A stretch of 60,000 nt of DNA from contig OZ076409.1 of NCBI GenBank assembly GCA_964187785.1, positions 38,442,001 to 38,502,000 on the forward strand. Reading direction: 5' to 3'. Under the pieces are notes generated by a model. That model did not search any database. It was not told the origin of the DNA and saw only the letters and a program-made list of their open reading frames with translations. Source of the stretch: Amphiscolops sp. MND2022 (Eukaryota). Shown here piece by piece: positions 1 through 13,954 of this stretch; position 1 is the first letter of the stretch; the number at the start of each line of letters is the position of its first letter. A program made the translations under genes and the position numbers.

Positions 1-670
1 GAAAACAGAGGGACAAAACAATTATTAAATTTGGTCTTTTATCCTCTCATTTGCCTTTCCATGGACGGTGACTGAGGAGAGCCTGCGTGCACAAATTCTC
101 GAATGGAAAGGGCCCTTTATTCGCTTGTCTAATAGATGCAAAATTTCATTATGAAAATTAATGAAATATTCACAAAACAATTTGCGACAACTAACCGCTT
201 TTTAGAGAAACACTGAGCAAACTTTTATTGTTAATTATAAAACAAAATTGGATGTAAATATTTGACAATGAACAAATGATTAAAATGGTGTTTTAACGTC
301 AATTTATCCGAATGTCAGGTGATAAATTGCGACTTGCAAGGAAGAGAAAACAAAAATGATGACTTTTCCACTCACAAATTCTGACAAAAAACACAAGTTA
401 ATCACTTCAGTCTGCCTGAAATTAATTTAGCAATTCACGTTCCAGACAAAACACCAACTATTCCTCTCATTCAATTTCCCCTAACCACTTTCCCCGCCAA
501 AATATTGCGACTTCCAGCTCAAGTAACCCAGTGGCGACCGCCGCTATTTTTAGCTAGTCTAGCGATGGTAGAGGGGAATAAAAGAAGCTAGGAAAGTAAA
601 TTCGGATGAATTTCGTTTAGGTGGGGAGTCGTCAGGTTTAAAACCGATCTTCAAAATTGATCCGTTTGAA

Positions 671-1093
671 TAGAGTTGTACCGGAATGCGGTATCAGTTA
701 ATTTATCAAATATCCGGATTTCGGCTACCCGGTATCCGGTTAGAAAAAATGGGCTGAAATTTCACTTGAAAATGGTTCAGAGTCAATAAAAATGTTTCAA
801 AAATGGTTAATCAACGTCGTCGTTGAATAATTAACAGAACGATTTTCCCGTTCCAGTTGCATCGCGCTGTGTGATCTTCCACAGTGGTAAAATATGGCCA
901 AATTTCGCCAGTTTTTTATCCATTGATTTGAAAAATATTTTAAATCATTTTTGAAGTAAATGTTCGTGAAAGCGGAATAAAATTGAAAAAAAACGTATTT
1001 AGAACTATCCGGTATTCAGTTAATATCCGATGGAAAAATGTCCGAAATATCTTGGATCCGGTATCCGGTAACTTTTTATCCGGTTACACCCTA
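671..1093. mobile_element. Degenerate hAT-like MITE
   Basis: Imperfect TIRs TAGAGTTGTACCGGA / TCCGGTTACACCCTA. Clustered TATCCGG subterminal repeats at both ends. Near-match 8-bp flanks GTTTGAAT/GTTTTAAT. Confidence 0.6.
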
Positions 1094-2000
1094 GTTTTAA
1101 TCTGATACTTACGTTGATTACTACTGCATGACGAAAACTTAAAAAATACGGCTGTTTTTTTAAATAGAATTTTGATTTGAAAAAATATATATCCAGGCGC
1201 ATCTCAACTATAAAAATGTTCATGATTCAATAAAAACTGCATTTCATGAAAATGTCAACTAAGTACATTTGCAAGACTTGTAGGTTGAATTGATCTTCTG
1301 ATTTCTTTGTTCAAATGTTTTAAAATGGGTACAAAAGGATTTTCCTACTCCGGAAACGTTTATTTTATTAGCAATAAACAATCCATTTCCCATCGTTTGT
1401 TATCACATGAAACACGATCGCATTCAAAAATACTTTTAAAAAAAATCCACCAAAAAATTAGAAAACATTGAAATTGAAGATGCTGTTTTTTATCACGAAA
1501 CAAATGTCTATTAAAAAATTGCTCATGAATACAGCGGAAAACAATTTCAAAGAAATATCACATTTTGATCAATTAATTTGCCCATTTTGAGGTTGAGGTA
1601 AAAGCTTAATTGACGGCCCTTGATTCTACCAATAATCATTTGTTTGGCTCACTATCATTTCACAGCACGTTCATTTCACCCCATGTTCATTTCATTTCAG
1701 GCTGAAATGAAATTTTCAGCCCACGTTCATTTCACACCACATTTTAACTATGTAAATGCGTCTCAGATTAATTACTACTGTCACATTAATTCAATCTTAG
1801 TGCTACCCGAAAAACGTTTTGAATCCAATTACCAATTCGATAATCAAACGACGCTTGCTCACTCATTGGAATACTTAGAAACAAGGTACTGAAAATTTTT
1901 GAATTTTAATGTCAATCGTTTAACATGGACCACTCGCTGCGTATTCGGATCTTCAACTAAGGATGGCCAATAAAGAAAAAATACGAGTTTTTTAACTCGG

Positions 2001-2125
2001 GTAGTCAGCTATGTTCACATACACCCAGTGCCTTAAATGCAGGAGCGAAGCGGAGCGACGTGCCATTTAGCCATGCCTCAATGTTGCTACTTGGCGAAGG
2101 GAGCGAAGCGACCGAGTCATACAAC
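2001..2125. repeat. Unclassified ~125-bp dispersed repeat with GCGAAGC mini-hairpin motifs (copy 1)
   Basis: Clearly homologous to 43052-43177 (GTAGTCAG.TATGTTCACAT...GGCGAAGGGAGCGA.GCGACCGAG.CATACAAC). Confidence 0.8.
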
Positions 2126-2306
2126 ATATATGCTAACCTCTTTAATTGAATCAAGTTCCATACATATTGGCTGTAACAGCACTGAAAGCTAGTAATTCTG
2201 TTGTTTGAGACCTATTTTGCAAATCTGTTCAATTTAATTTTGTACGAAATGTCCGGTTTCATTTTTGTACCAATTGTCCGTGTACGAAATGTCGGGTTTT
2301 AGGCTA

Positions 2307-3024
2307 CCCAGGTTTTCGATCTTTGCGAATCTGTGCAGATCTGCAGAATTTTTCTGCAGGGTTCTGCAAAGATCGTTGCACTGAATTTTTAAGATCCATA
2401 CAGATCTGCAGGATCTTTACAGAAGTGTGCAGATTTTCGTTAAAGATTGCTGCCGAAATATGTTTTTCTGCAGCTTCTAAGGAACGAATATACTGTATTT
2501 TTGGACTTCTTTAACTACTTTATCAACTATTTTAGCTGACCAAGGCTCAGTCAGTTGATACTCTTGATACTTTCCAGAAGTGATTGTTGAACTTTGAGAG
2601 GCTCGTTTGCCATATTGACTTCGTTTTGACGGATGAAATTTGACATGTGGCAACCTTCTGGGTTGGTAGATGTGTTGATAAAATGGTGTTGTTGTAACAT
2701 TTCAAGAACATGGTTTGTTGGAATAATTTTAGTAATTAGTGGTGACTCAGAATACGTTATAGTAATTTATTGGTCATTGTTTGGATCTGTAAAGATCTGT
2801 AATCTCTACAGATCTGTACAGATTGCTGCAGAAAAATATTTCATCATTTTGACATAAATGAGATTCCTCTCGAGTTTTAAACATTTTTATTATTCGTTTG
2901 ACATTGCTGTGGGGTTTTTATGGGGTTTCTGAGTAGGTCATTTTTCTTCGAATCTGCACATATCTGCAAAGATCTGCAAAAATCCTGCAGATCTGCACAG
3001 ATTCGCAAAGATCGAAAACCTGGG
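2307..3024. mobile_element. MITE with 40-bp perfect TIRs
   Basis: CCCAGGTTTTCGATCTTTGCGAATCTGTGCAGATCTGCAG at 2307 and its exact reverse complement ending at 3024. AGATCTGCA subterminal repeats. It interrupts an array of GTACGAAATGTC repeats (2240-2295, 3028-3060) that looks like another MITE arm. No clean TSD seen. Confidence 0.85.
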
Positions 3025-5241
3025 TTTTGTACTAAATGTCGTTTGTACGAATTGTCGTGGTGCCGGTGAAATGATGTTGGGGTAAAATAGTTTGTGGTGA
3101 CAGAAACACACACCATTTATTTCACACAGGGCATTTTTATCTTTTTCAGCTGCTTTCTTATCTAGCCTGCAAAATATTTCTTAATTCCCATGTCTACAAA
3201 AACAACTGCAAAGTGAATTTTTTTAAATATCAGTCTCGAACCAGCATAGAGTCTTGAAACAAGCTGAAAAAATATGAAATTTCTTTTTAAAAAAAATTTG
3301 CAAAAAGTACATTGTGTTTGCATCTAATGAGCAGAGAATTGAGAAATTAACCACCGACGCAGCGGCAACTTTTTTCCTATAGAAACTACACTATAGTATA
3401 GTACTATTTGTGTTCAACTATCTGTTTTCCACGCTTAAAAATGAACTGCTTCAAGTCAGTAGTCGTGATTACGCAGAGTCAGTGGTGGAATATGCAAAAT
3501 GTAGATCTCCGGATACCACGCTACATATTCTGATATATTCAGTTGGAAATTGACTCTGCGTAAATATTATATATTTATACTTGATTTTTTTCATGTCTTA
3601 CCGCAAAAAAGTCGGATCTCTGACGTAAGCAAAAACATTGCTTCAACAACACAGGTGATCACAATCCATTATTGAAACTACGGATGGCATTCAATGAGTG
3701 AGCAGTTCGGTGAAATCGTTTCGAGCGTCATTAAGCGCATCATTACCACTTGACTTTATGGTCATTCACACTTGAGATAAAACGTTTTAGAGTACGTTTT
3801 ACCTCAAGTTTCATGCCCATGAGTTAATTTTAATGTCACTAAAAGCAACTGATGTGCAAACACTTGAGATTTTAGAAAGTTGGAAACTTCAGGAAAAAAA
3901 ACTCTTCATGTTCTTTATATGGGAAAATGACTCGACAAGTCTCGGTGTTTCCCCAGTGCAGACTGTCGAATTGGGCTTAACAACAATTTTATAGCAAAAA
4001 ATATTCTTTAGCTATCCATTTTGCCATAAATGTTTGAGCCGGAGAGGGGAAAATTCCCTGAGAAGTCTGAAAAGAATTACTTACTGCTCCGGATACACAA
4101 AGGGATTTGAAAAAAAACTTGTACCATTAAGCGTGAGCATTTTTTTACATGCCCTAAAGGGTACTCTTCATTTTTAGCAAATTAGCAATATACATACAAA
4201 AAATCAAAAACTTTTTCGAAATCTCTCGAAATCTTCAACAGTTGATTCAGCTAATGAATAATCTGAAACTACTGCACTAAAAGGTACGTAACTTTCAGTG
4301 AAGTATTTTCAGATTATTACGTACTGCGTTTATCATGTTTTCGTCATACGTTTTCTCTCGTCATTGCCGGGATTCTTTCATCACGAGTTTAATGGTGTGA
4401 TCAGAAGAGAAGACGCCCACTGAGCACTGGGATATTTTTCTTCCTGAACTAAATTAGTGACGAAAAATTATTAACGCTCGAGCGTAGCCAATAAAAAACG
4501 AAATTTGCAAAAAAACAGACACTTTTCGATTCATTTCATGATTTCTTACATGCAAGAGTATGCTGAATATCTAACTGGAAGTTTGTTAAACTCTGCGGAT
4601 ACTCACTCCCACATAAACTTCAATAACCGTGCAAAATTGCATAAAACTGTCAACAATAGATTTGACCTTTTTTTAGTTTATTTCAGACATTTTTGAGGGA
4701 AAAACTATACAAAAAGTCAACAAATTTGTCTATGCAAAAGTTAACAAAATAGCAATTGGTTCTGATGTTAAATTTGTAGTTATTCATTTCCCTAAAAAAC
4801 ATCCATGGTACTGAAGCTGCATGAAACTGACGAGATATGAAAATTTTCACGTTTTGTTTGATTTCTAAACAAACAATTTTTAAACGGTTTCACTCTCTGA
4901 ATAATAGTTCTTGGAAACAAAATGTGCCCAAAAACGTAAATAATAAGTTAAGAAAACTTAAGTTATGAAAACTGGAATAGCTTATTTCAGGTCATTTTTG
5001 GTGTCTGTTTTTTGTGGTACTTTTCTTCAGTGCTTATAATGGCCGAATTACTGGAAAAAACGTCTATCTATTGGGTATAAAATTAGATAGCAACCTATTG
5101 AAAAAACGCAGCTCCACTCATGAATTATGGGGATGGGAAATGAAAAAAAGTATTTGGAGCAAAATGAAAGTTTAAACTTTTGATCAAGTCTATTTGAAAT
5201 AGTAGATATTTAGATAAATTTACACAACAGTGTTAACCTAG

Positions 5242-5775
5242 ACAAGCCGGGAACGGCCCAAGTCGGCGCCATATCTAAGGCTCAAAAATAGCAAAAGGAC
5301 TTCAAAGTGTCAAGTATTCTCTTCTACAGTACCCGCGTGAGGAAAAATTGAAAAAAAATCCGATTTTTTTTGAAATTTTTTAAAATTTTTTTGGTCTCCC
5401 GTAAGTCGCATAGTGCCGAAACATGTAAAATGGGGCCCTTTGGAAGTTTTTTAACATCCATTCTTTTGCAAAATAGACAAAAAAGGAAGGGTGGACCCTT
5501 TGGAGATATTTGCGAAAAAAGTCTCACAAAGCCGAAAAAAATTTGCACAAAAAAATTTTGGTCGTGGCGGGACTCGAACCCATGTCATTCTGCTTGTCAG
5601 ACCTCGAAAAAGCCGTAGTGGCCAAGTGGCAGTGAAGTAGTGTGACACAGTTTAGTGTTAGTGCCGGTTTAGTGCCAACTTATAAAATTTATAAAATCTG
5701 TCAGTTCGTTGGTCTTAAAAAAAAAGAAGTCACTACTATAGTCTGCGTTTTTCTTCGAAAAGCGCCGACTAAAAA
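5242..5775 (-). mobile_element. Non-autonomous Helentron (HINE/DINE-1-like), family A
   Basis: Subterminal inverted repeats AGTCGGCGC/GCGCCGACT, GCCG-GGAA-CGGC hairpin next to the ACAAG end, partial inverted repeat and A/T run at the other end, internal GGGGACCCTTTG-type repeats, no TSD. Confidence 0.75.
5559..5630 (-). pseudogene. tRNA-derived cassette inside HINE
   Basis: Minus strand has a degenerate A box (TGGCCACTACGG), a B box (GGTTCGAGTCC), ends in CCA and is followed by a T run. No complete cloverleaf. Confidence 0.6.
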
Positions 5776-8008
5776 ACAGAACTGCTTATTTGGCGTGCTT
5801 ATTCTAAAATGAAAAACTGCTACAATCAGATTCAGGTGCCTCATGAAAATGTTTCCAATTTAGAACAAGCGCGCCATATAGCCAGTTTTGCTTTTTTTAG
5901 GTCGACACTGTTGCGTAAATATCTCGATATCTACTACTGGTTGCCTTTCTCCCTCCTGTTTAAAGAATTCATTTCTCCCTGGTTGTCGTTTTGTCATCTT
6001 ATGGAAATTTTCGATGAACAGCATGATGGTATTCCAGTTCATACTAGTGGTTGCATTCCACGTTTAACTTCAATTAAAACGAGGTATTTGTCATGAAAAG
6101 TGTATCAAAAATTTTCTAGATGATCTCATCAATGGTTTCTTCCTCAATACGCAAATCAATGAAACTGTCAAGTTACTGGTGTAAATGAACAACAACAATT
6201 TCGTTGGAACAATTTCGTAGGAAACATTCAAATATTGAAGAATGCCATTTTCATCACAAAAACACTTGTTTTTTCATCGAGAAAAAGTGCTTCTTTGTGT
6301 AACAGAAAATTACAGAATAATTTACCGACCAATAGAATTGTCTGCGAACAAACCATTCTGCTTTTCGAATCCATCCCTGAAATACTGAAAAAAATCAACA
6401 AAAGCAAAAAAATATCTTGCGAAGATGCAAGCCCTAGTCGAGACTGCTCGAACTTTAGATGCTGTAGATCTGTATCGAGGATATTTTGTTTGAAAAATAA
6501 AAAAATTCAGGAAGCTTCCGGTGCTAAATCTTGTAGGATTACATGGCAGTTTCCATAATAGAAAAAAAGTACTTTGTTACTGTGAGAGAGGCTAAGCTAG
6601 AACTCTCGAAACTGACCTCTAAACAATTGAGAAAACTGTTTGGTTTTTGACAAACAGTATTGTATCAAGCCATAAAACAACAGAGTTCATTCACCATATG
6701 GTCTTGATTAGATTCAGTCAATTTACATTTGTCACAACATTCTTCATTGTTCTACCTTCAGCAGTTTAGACACAATCCTCGACTTACAAGTCATCGTTAA
6801 CAATTACCAATTTTTCACACTTTGGTTTTTCATCCATTCATCTGACGTAATCAACGCTTGTCAAATAGCACGGTGATAATGACGCCAGTCTGCAGTCTCT
6901 AACATGACTCGAATGACTTTGCATTAGAATGACGGTGAAATTGATAACATGGTTGCAGCGTTCAAAGTTGAAACTGATGCATAGAAAAACCTGCGTAACT
7001 GCTTTCCATGGAAATGCAATCAAATTTTTGATGCATTCTCCAAGCACAATGATAATTTTCAGAAGAGTTGTAGAAAAATATTTTTAAAAAATTGCTGACA
7101 TGCTTCATTAACATGTTAAAAATTAGAGCGATTTATTCTAACCAAGGAAAACTGAATAACAATCAATTCATTTATTTGAAAAAGCGAGAGTCATGTAACA
7201 CTTCGTATTGAAGATCCGAAAAGAACAAACGAACAGTTCACGCGAATAGAAATCAATGAGAATCATGTGCAAATCAGACAATGTCCCAAAAAGAATTTAT
7301 CTACGTTCATTTTGACCGGTTACAAAAGCTAGACAACTCCCACGCTAGTGATTGATATGGTAAGAAAAAATTTCGGAAAAGTTGTTCAATGTGAAAAATT
7401 TTCAATTGGGATCGTTTCAGAGTAAAAAAGACCTTTCTCGACGAGTTATCGAAAAACTTCGACGTTGTAACATTTTTTGAATTTTTTTTTCAAAAAAGTT
7501 GCCTACTGCCAAAATTACGGAAAGATGTCACCTTTTAGGCTCGAAAACGCGTTTTTTTAGTCGATAACATCAAAAAACCATGCCACCAACATCAAGTGAA
7601 AAGAAAAAAATTGGTGATAAGTTGCGGCACAAAGCCGAAAAAACCATAAGTCTTTTTTAATACTTAACAATTAGAGAAAACTCTCATCAGTCCATCAGTA
7701 CCAAAACCAGAGGTCATTTCAAGCCCAAAAAAAACGTTTTCCTCAACAGAAGACCCCAAAATTAAAACTTGTGGGAAAAAAGTTTTTCAAATGTAAAAAA
7801 AAACAATTCGGCTTTTAAAAACTTACTGGTAAATTGCACAGTGCCGAAAAGTCCTACGGGTGACGCTCTATGCTCGTAAAACGCTTCTTTTTTAAAAAAT
7901 CAAAAGCCACCCTTGAAATAAAAACTTTCAGGCAAAAAGAGGCAGCAAATTGTCGGAATTATCCCAAAAAGGGGACCTTTAGGTCTTTTCTCAAGCATCG
8001 AAAGAATT

Positions 8009-8100
8009 TGGTTCAAAGCGGGATATGAACACAAAACTCCCTGTTTCCAAGGCACCGTCACCGGACATAGAAATCCGTATTAACCACTAGGCCAATTCGG
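8009..8100 (-). pseudogene. Degenerate tRNA-derived cassette within an old repeat copy (~7330-8200)
   Basis: A box TGGCCTAGTGG, decayed B box GTTCATATCCC, CCA end. Confidence 0.45.
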
Positions 8101-9180
8101 AAGAACTTTCCAGCATTCCACGAGCGCTTTTAGTAGCTATTGACAGACATGCGAGGAAACAAATGATGTGGTAAAGCTAAGATTTTTTGTTTCTCAAAAA
8201 ACCGAAAAACAACAAATGCTTTTTCTGGCTGTCAGTTTTGTCCTCTTACTCTGATTTCTTTTAAATACTGTGGTTGCAAAACAACTACAGGAAGCAAAGA
8301 TTTTATTTTATGAACAATTTAGACATTAGAAAACTGGCGGTTTGGCAATTAAAATGATTTTAAAAAATTAATAATAATTAAAAATTGGAAGTCAGAACCC
8401 TGTTGAGAAATGTAAAGTTGAAATTTGTTTCACTGAAAATCTGAGAGGATTTGACCACTTGTCAAAAAAATTATCCACAACCATCTAGATTGCTTATATT
8501 CACACTACTCAAGCATTTTCACTAATCAAAAATGTATGGGGAAATTGAATTGTAGGGTGATTGATGTAGAGATCTGTTCCAAAAAGTCTTTGATCTCAAT
8601 GAAAACTACTCGAAGATACTGAGCTGAATTTCCAGATATATTGTACATTTTACATCTAGCATGTGCATTTGTGTAAAACTACCTCAAAATGACTTTTGGT
8701 TCATCGTGTATCATGCATAATAAACTGCTACCTGGTTCACATTCTTGGGAAGATCGAAGCAGTAAAACATTTGAAATCCTTGATCAAAATGAGCAAACCA
8801 TTAACACTTCTGAGTGCGATAGAGAAATCAGCCATGCTTCTTTTTTCCAGACTTCTGTCATCGCGATCCCGTCTCCAATTCTCGTAGCAGCGAAGCAGCG
8901 TTTTAATTGAGATGAAGTGAACGAGTGTTAATTATTCGGGGACCCTTTGGGACATTAAAAACTTTTCGAAAAAAAGTCGCACAGTGCCGAGAAAATCAAA
9001 AGGGGGGGGGCCTTTAGTCTCGGCCGGTTTTGTAGGTTACCTTGAAAAAATGAAAAACTAAAGGGGGGACCCTATGCACTAAGTTTGCCTTGGCCCCTTG
9101 GCCGGACTTGGCGCTTTAGGTGGTTTCAGGATTATTTCTAAAAAGCGGACCGATCAGAGTGAGGATTGTAGTCTGAAGAA

Positions 9181-9775
9181 ACAAGACGAGAACGTCTAAA
9201 GTCGGCGCCATATCTAAGGCTCAAAAAGCGCAAAACATTTTTTTTTGGAAAAAAACTTGTATTTTTGAAAAAAAAAATTCTTTCAAAAAAAGTCGCATAG
9301 TACCGAAAAATGTAGAAGGGCCCCTTCTACATATTTCGGTACTATGCGACTTTTTTGAAAGAATTTTTGAAAAGAAAGAATTACTTTCTTTTGAAAGAAT
9401 TACTCCCCGGGGGACCCTTTGGAATTGATTAACATACATTCAGTTGCAAAATATGAGAAAACTCGAAAGGGGGACCTTTTTAAGACATTAAAAAATTTTT
9501 TCGAAAAAAAGTCTCACAGTGCCGAAAATACTGCAAGGAGGGCGTACCCTTTGGTCCCGTTGAGTTTCTTAGATGATGTAAAAATACTACTTCGCAAGCT
9601 TTTGCGCCAGTATTTTAAATTTGCTAAGTAAGAATTGTAAGATTTCAAGATTGTAAGAATTGTAAGAAAAGTGGACCTTTCAGTGTGAGGATTGTAGTCT
9701 GAAGAAAAAAAGAAAAAAAAGGTCACTGCTATAGTCGGGCATTTTTCCTTAAAAGGATAAAGCGCCGACTAAAAA
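9181..9775 (-). mobile_element. HINE family A copy (variant hairpin), joined to a partial copy at ~8935-9180
   Basis: ACAAGACGAGAACGTCTAAAGTCGGCGCC ... GCGCCGACTAAAAA. The hairpin here is GACG-AGAA-CGTC. Confidence 0.75.
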
Positions 9776-10103
9776 TACCATACTCTTAATTTAAACGATA
9801 GGCCTCGTCAAATTGAATTCAACGATCATGTAATGTTTGTCGTGATATCTGAAAATTTTCTTCGAGAAAGCACTTCAGAGATAATTTCTCCAATCCTAGA
9901 ACTTTTCGCACCAGTTTCGAACTTGTTTGGATGTGATTTGCTGGTAAAATTACGGGCCAAAATATTCTTTTGATTTGCGAGCGTCTAGATCACACATTAA
10001 TTCAAAATTCGACTGGATGACTGGATTCGAAAAAATGAACCAGAATCTATTGTACACTTTAGATTGAACCCCGTTGAAATTCAGCATGGCAAAGAAAGAA
10101 CCA

Positions 10104-10670
10104 ACAAGCCGGGAACGGCCCAAGTCGGCGCTCCGCTCAAGTTTCAAAAAGAGCAAATGTATCAAATCTGCAAATTGTCATGACACTATTGTGAAAACTT
10201 TCATCAAAAACTTACAGTGTAGAAAAAAAACCGAAAGGATATCCAGAAGGCTCGAAAACCGCTTTTTCTTTTACTCGAAATATCAAAAACCAAAACGTTT
10301 TGAGATTTTTGGAAAAAATGACTCAAAGTATCGAAACCTTAAAAGGAGGCCCTTCGAGCTCGCAAAACGCTTTTTCCGAGCCGAAAGCATTTGTAAAACT
10401 GATAGGGTTACCCTTTAATCAAGAAAAATTCGTCAAAAAAGTTGCACACTGCGGACAAAAACTCTTTGGTCTCCCTCAATTTTTGCGAGCATAAAAACTT
10501 TTTGGACCAAAGCAGGTATCGAACCGACCAACACTTGACGACTAATCATTCACTCATCTCCTTTGACAAGTAGCATAAAATTTTGAAGTTTATTGAAATG
10601 TGTCAGTCCGCTGGCTTTGAAAACGAGCCACTACTATAGTCTGAGTTTTCTGCAAAAGCGCCGACAAAAA
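10104..10670 (-). mobile_element. HINE family A copy
   Basis: ACAAGCCGGGAACGGCCCAAGTCGGCGC ... CTATAGTC...AAAAGCGCCGAC-A run. Confidence 0.7.
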
Positions 10671-10980
10671 ATAGTCAAAACTATAGTCGGGCCCCTCGCA
10701 CAGAAACCGCCGAGTTTTAATAAAACTGTCTTCAATTTGCACAAGATTTTTCGGGCAAAATCGCCAGGAGCTTCAACCACATCCTGGAATATAGGCGTTG
10801 CTAGTTCAATAAACCTTTTCAATTGACAAAATGGCGAGAAATACTTTTCAATTGCAGTTCAAAATCTGAGCGAACCAAACCCTATGTCAGCTTATCGAGG
10901 AATAACACTCGAGTTTTGTCTATTTTATATTTGATTTTTATTACTGGGATAATCAACGGATAACTCACTGATAAAGTTGA

Positions 10981-11410
10981 ACAAGCCGGCAACGGCATAA
11001 GTCGGCGCCATATCTAAGACTCAAAAATAGCAACAGGACATCAAAGTGTCAAGTATTCTTTTACAGCCGAAAAGCCCAAAAGTTGGATCAAATTGGCGCG
11101 CTGAAAGGGGGACCATTTCGGATTTTTTAACATCCATTGTTGCAAAACATCAAAAATTTGAAAGGGAATTTTTTTCGAAAAAAGTCTCACAATGCCGAAA
11201 AAACTGAAAGGGGGGACTTTTCAGTCTCGCCCGGTACTGTATGTTAAGCGCAAAAACCTTTTTGGTTCAGTTCGCTACTCCAAATGGTTCAATTTGACAC
11301 CATAAAATTTCGTAGAACTTTTGTAGAACTATTTTGATCAAATCGTGTGAATTGAAAAAAAAGAGTCACTATAATAGTCGCGTTTCGCTTCATGAAGCGC
11401 CGACTAAAAA
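10981..11410 (-). mobile_element. HINE family A copy
   Basis: Same termini (hairpin GCCG-GCAA-CGGC; GCGCCGACTAAAAA). Confidence 0.75.
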
Positions 11411-11716
11411 TGCAAAATTGGTTCAATTGAGTGTATCCACATATCCAAATCTATTTATAACACCAGAGTGAGAAAGTTTCAAGGAAAAAATCTTTCAAAT
11501 TATCCGAAACGCTACATTCGAACAAGTATTTCAAGCACAAATATTTTCCAGAAAAACAGATTATAGGTCTGGGAGAGTTAAAAATTCAGAAAAGCAGTTC
11601 TCTAACAAAAAATGTTTGGCACCATTTCGGTGTGGAAGAAAACGAAGGATGATTAGAACTCCTTTGGAATTTTTCCGAAGTACAAACGTAACATGCAACA
11701 CATCGGCATGTTGTTA

Positions 11717-12219
11717 ACAAGCCGGGAACGGCATAAGTCGGTGCCATATCTAAGGCTCAAAAATAGCAAAAGGACATGAAAGTGTCAAAAAATTCAAAGT
11801 ATCAAACTCACAAAAAGAGTATCAAACTCACAAAAAACCCAAATTACCGAACTGGCGCGCCAAGTGCCCGCTAGCGCGGGCCCCTGGCGCGCTAAAAGAG
11901 GGACCCTTTGGGATTTTTCAACATACATTCTGTCGCAAAACATCAAAAAATTGAAGGGGGACCATTTGGGGAAATTTTTTTCATAAAAAAGTCTGAGTGC
12001 TGAAAAAATTGAAAGGGGGCCTTTAGTCTCTCCCGGTTTCGTATGTTACGCGGGAAAAGAGGAAAAAACTTTTTGGTTCAGTTCGCTTGGCCAAATGATG
12101 CAATTTGAGACCATAAAATTTCGTAGAGCTATTAAGATCTATTCTGGTCAGTTCGTGTGGATTGAAAGAAAATTCACTATAATAGTCGCGTTTTCCTTTC
12201 ATGAAGCGCCGACTAAAAA
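11717..12219 (-). mobile_element. HINE family A copy
   Basis: Same termini; interior closely similar to 10981-11410. Confidence 0.75.
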
Positions 12220-12504
12220 TCTATATGAGCTCTGTAGGAAACCTATAATAAAACCCTCTAAAAACTCTCAGAAACATGCAATTTATTAGAAATTGCATTG
12301 TAAAACAAGATGCCACGATCCACGGAAGGGCGTTGAATTATAAAACAGAAATCTGATTGTTTGGCGTCACCAACTCGAAGAGGGACCATTCAGTGAAATG
12401 AAAAAGTTGAACTGTTTGCACTAAATATTTGTTTTTCCTAACCGCAAAAATCTAAAGAAATGAAGAATGAGGAAATCTATCAGAAGAAATGTACATTATG
12501 CAAA

Positions 12505-12738
12505 CTACTTTTGATGTGACATTACTTTATAGATGGTATATCGGAAGAATTCGTTATATCCAATATTTTGACATTACATCCGGAGTATATTACTCTATAG
12601 ACGGTATAATTGAAGAAGTGCTATATCCAAGCTACTTTTGATGTTACATCCTGATAATATTACTATATAGACGGTGTAGTCAAAGAAATGCGCTATATCC
12701 GAATACTTAACGTTATATCTGGATAGTTTCACTCTATA
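12505..12738. repeat. Degenerate ~69-70-bp tandem repeat (~3.5 units)
   Basis: The motif TTAC.CTATAGA(C/T)GGT...TATATCC recurs at about 12527, 12596, 12666 and partially at 12733. Confidence 0.65.
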
Positions 12739-13954
12739 AAAATTCATAATTTGCACACGTGGTCGGACTTGTCCGGTCCAGTTGTTCAGTAAAAAAATGT
12801 CTCCAAGAATGTTTCTGTGAAAAGTATCCACTGCGAGCATATATTCTGTTATCTGACAAAATTTGTTAACAGTTCATATATGAAGCCCCTAAAGTTAATT
12901 TGAATTAAAATTCTGGTACAAAAATATTTCATACTTAGTAATATTTGCATTTACGCAATCATCAATATTACAAGCATTCTTTAGTTATTGGAACATACAG
13001 TTGTCTACCTAGGGGCAGTCACAGGCACAATGCCCAACTACACTACCCCAATTTCGAAACAACTTTGAGGAGGTTCAGTTTGCGAAGGACTTGGAATATT
13101 TTCATATGGGAAGAATTGACTGAAGTACTTACGATGAAAACAAGGAAACCATTTCATGATATATTTTGCACACTAGCATGCACTAATACTACTATTATTC
13201 CGGTGTATCACAAATCGAGATGCAAAGAAATTATAACAAAGATTTTCCGTCCAACGTAGATGACATCGATATAGATCGGAACTACTAGAGACAAAAAAAA
13301 TCAAGTTTTAGAATGGTGAAAAAAAGAAAGGAAGACAGCTGAAACGGGGTCCTTCGTATTAAGTTTCGGGGTCCGACGAAACAGCTCGAATCCCATGTTC
13401 CTTCACGACTTACAAAAATGAAATTGGGAAAAAGTTAATCCTTCTATTGTGACAAACTTGTCATTCTGCGTTTATTTCCTAAAGATAGCATGTGCACAGC
13501 TGAGTTGTCAAACATAAAACTTTCCAAGACTTTATGAACAAAACTAATAAAGGCTGACTCCGTGTCAATTTTCAAGTTGCAAACGTCTGCGAAGTTCTGC
13601 ATTGAGTTGTACATACTGACGAGTCGATTTCTAAGCGCAACCTTGACTTGAGATCTAAAGCATACAAGTTGCTAATGAATTTGTCTGATTTCTCTTTTCA
13701 CTTTTGGTTAAGCTTGTAACAGATTCGATCTACTACAATTCACATTTTTCACTTCTTTGAACAATTCATACCATATGGAGCTCATATACAGTCGCTATTT
13801 TTTGTTCGATCAAATTCGTGTAACTGTCTTCGATATTTCTCTTGGAAAATGATAAGAATTATTCTCTTCTCGAGTTGCAAATTATTCTCAAGTACACCCA
13901 TAGAATAAAGACATCAATAAAATTTTGACAAACGATATAACTGTTTTTCGTCAT

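Noticed and set aside
1..13950. Numerous 60-110-aa ORFs in the ORF track
   Set aside because: They fall in AT-rich repeats, are K/F-rich, show no recognisable motifs and form no consistent exon chain.
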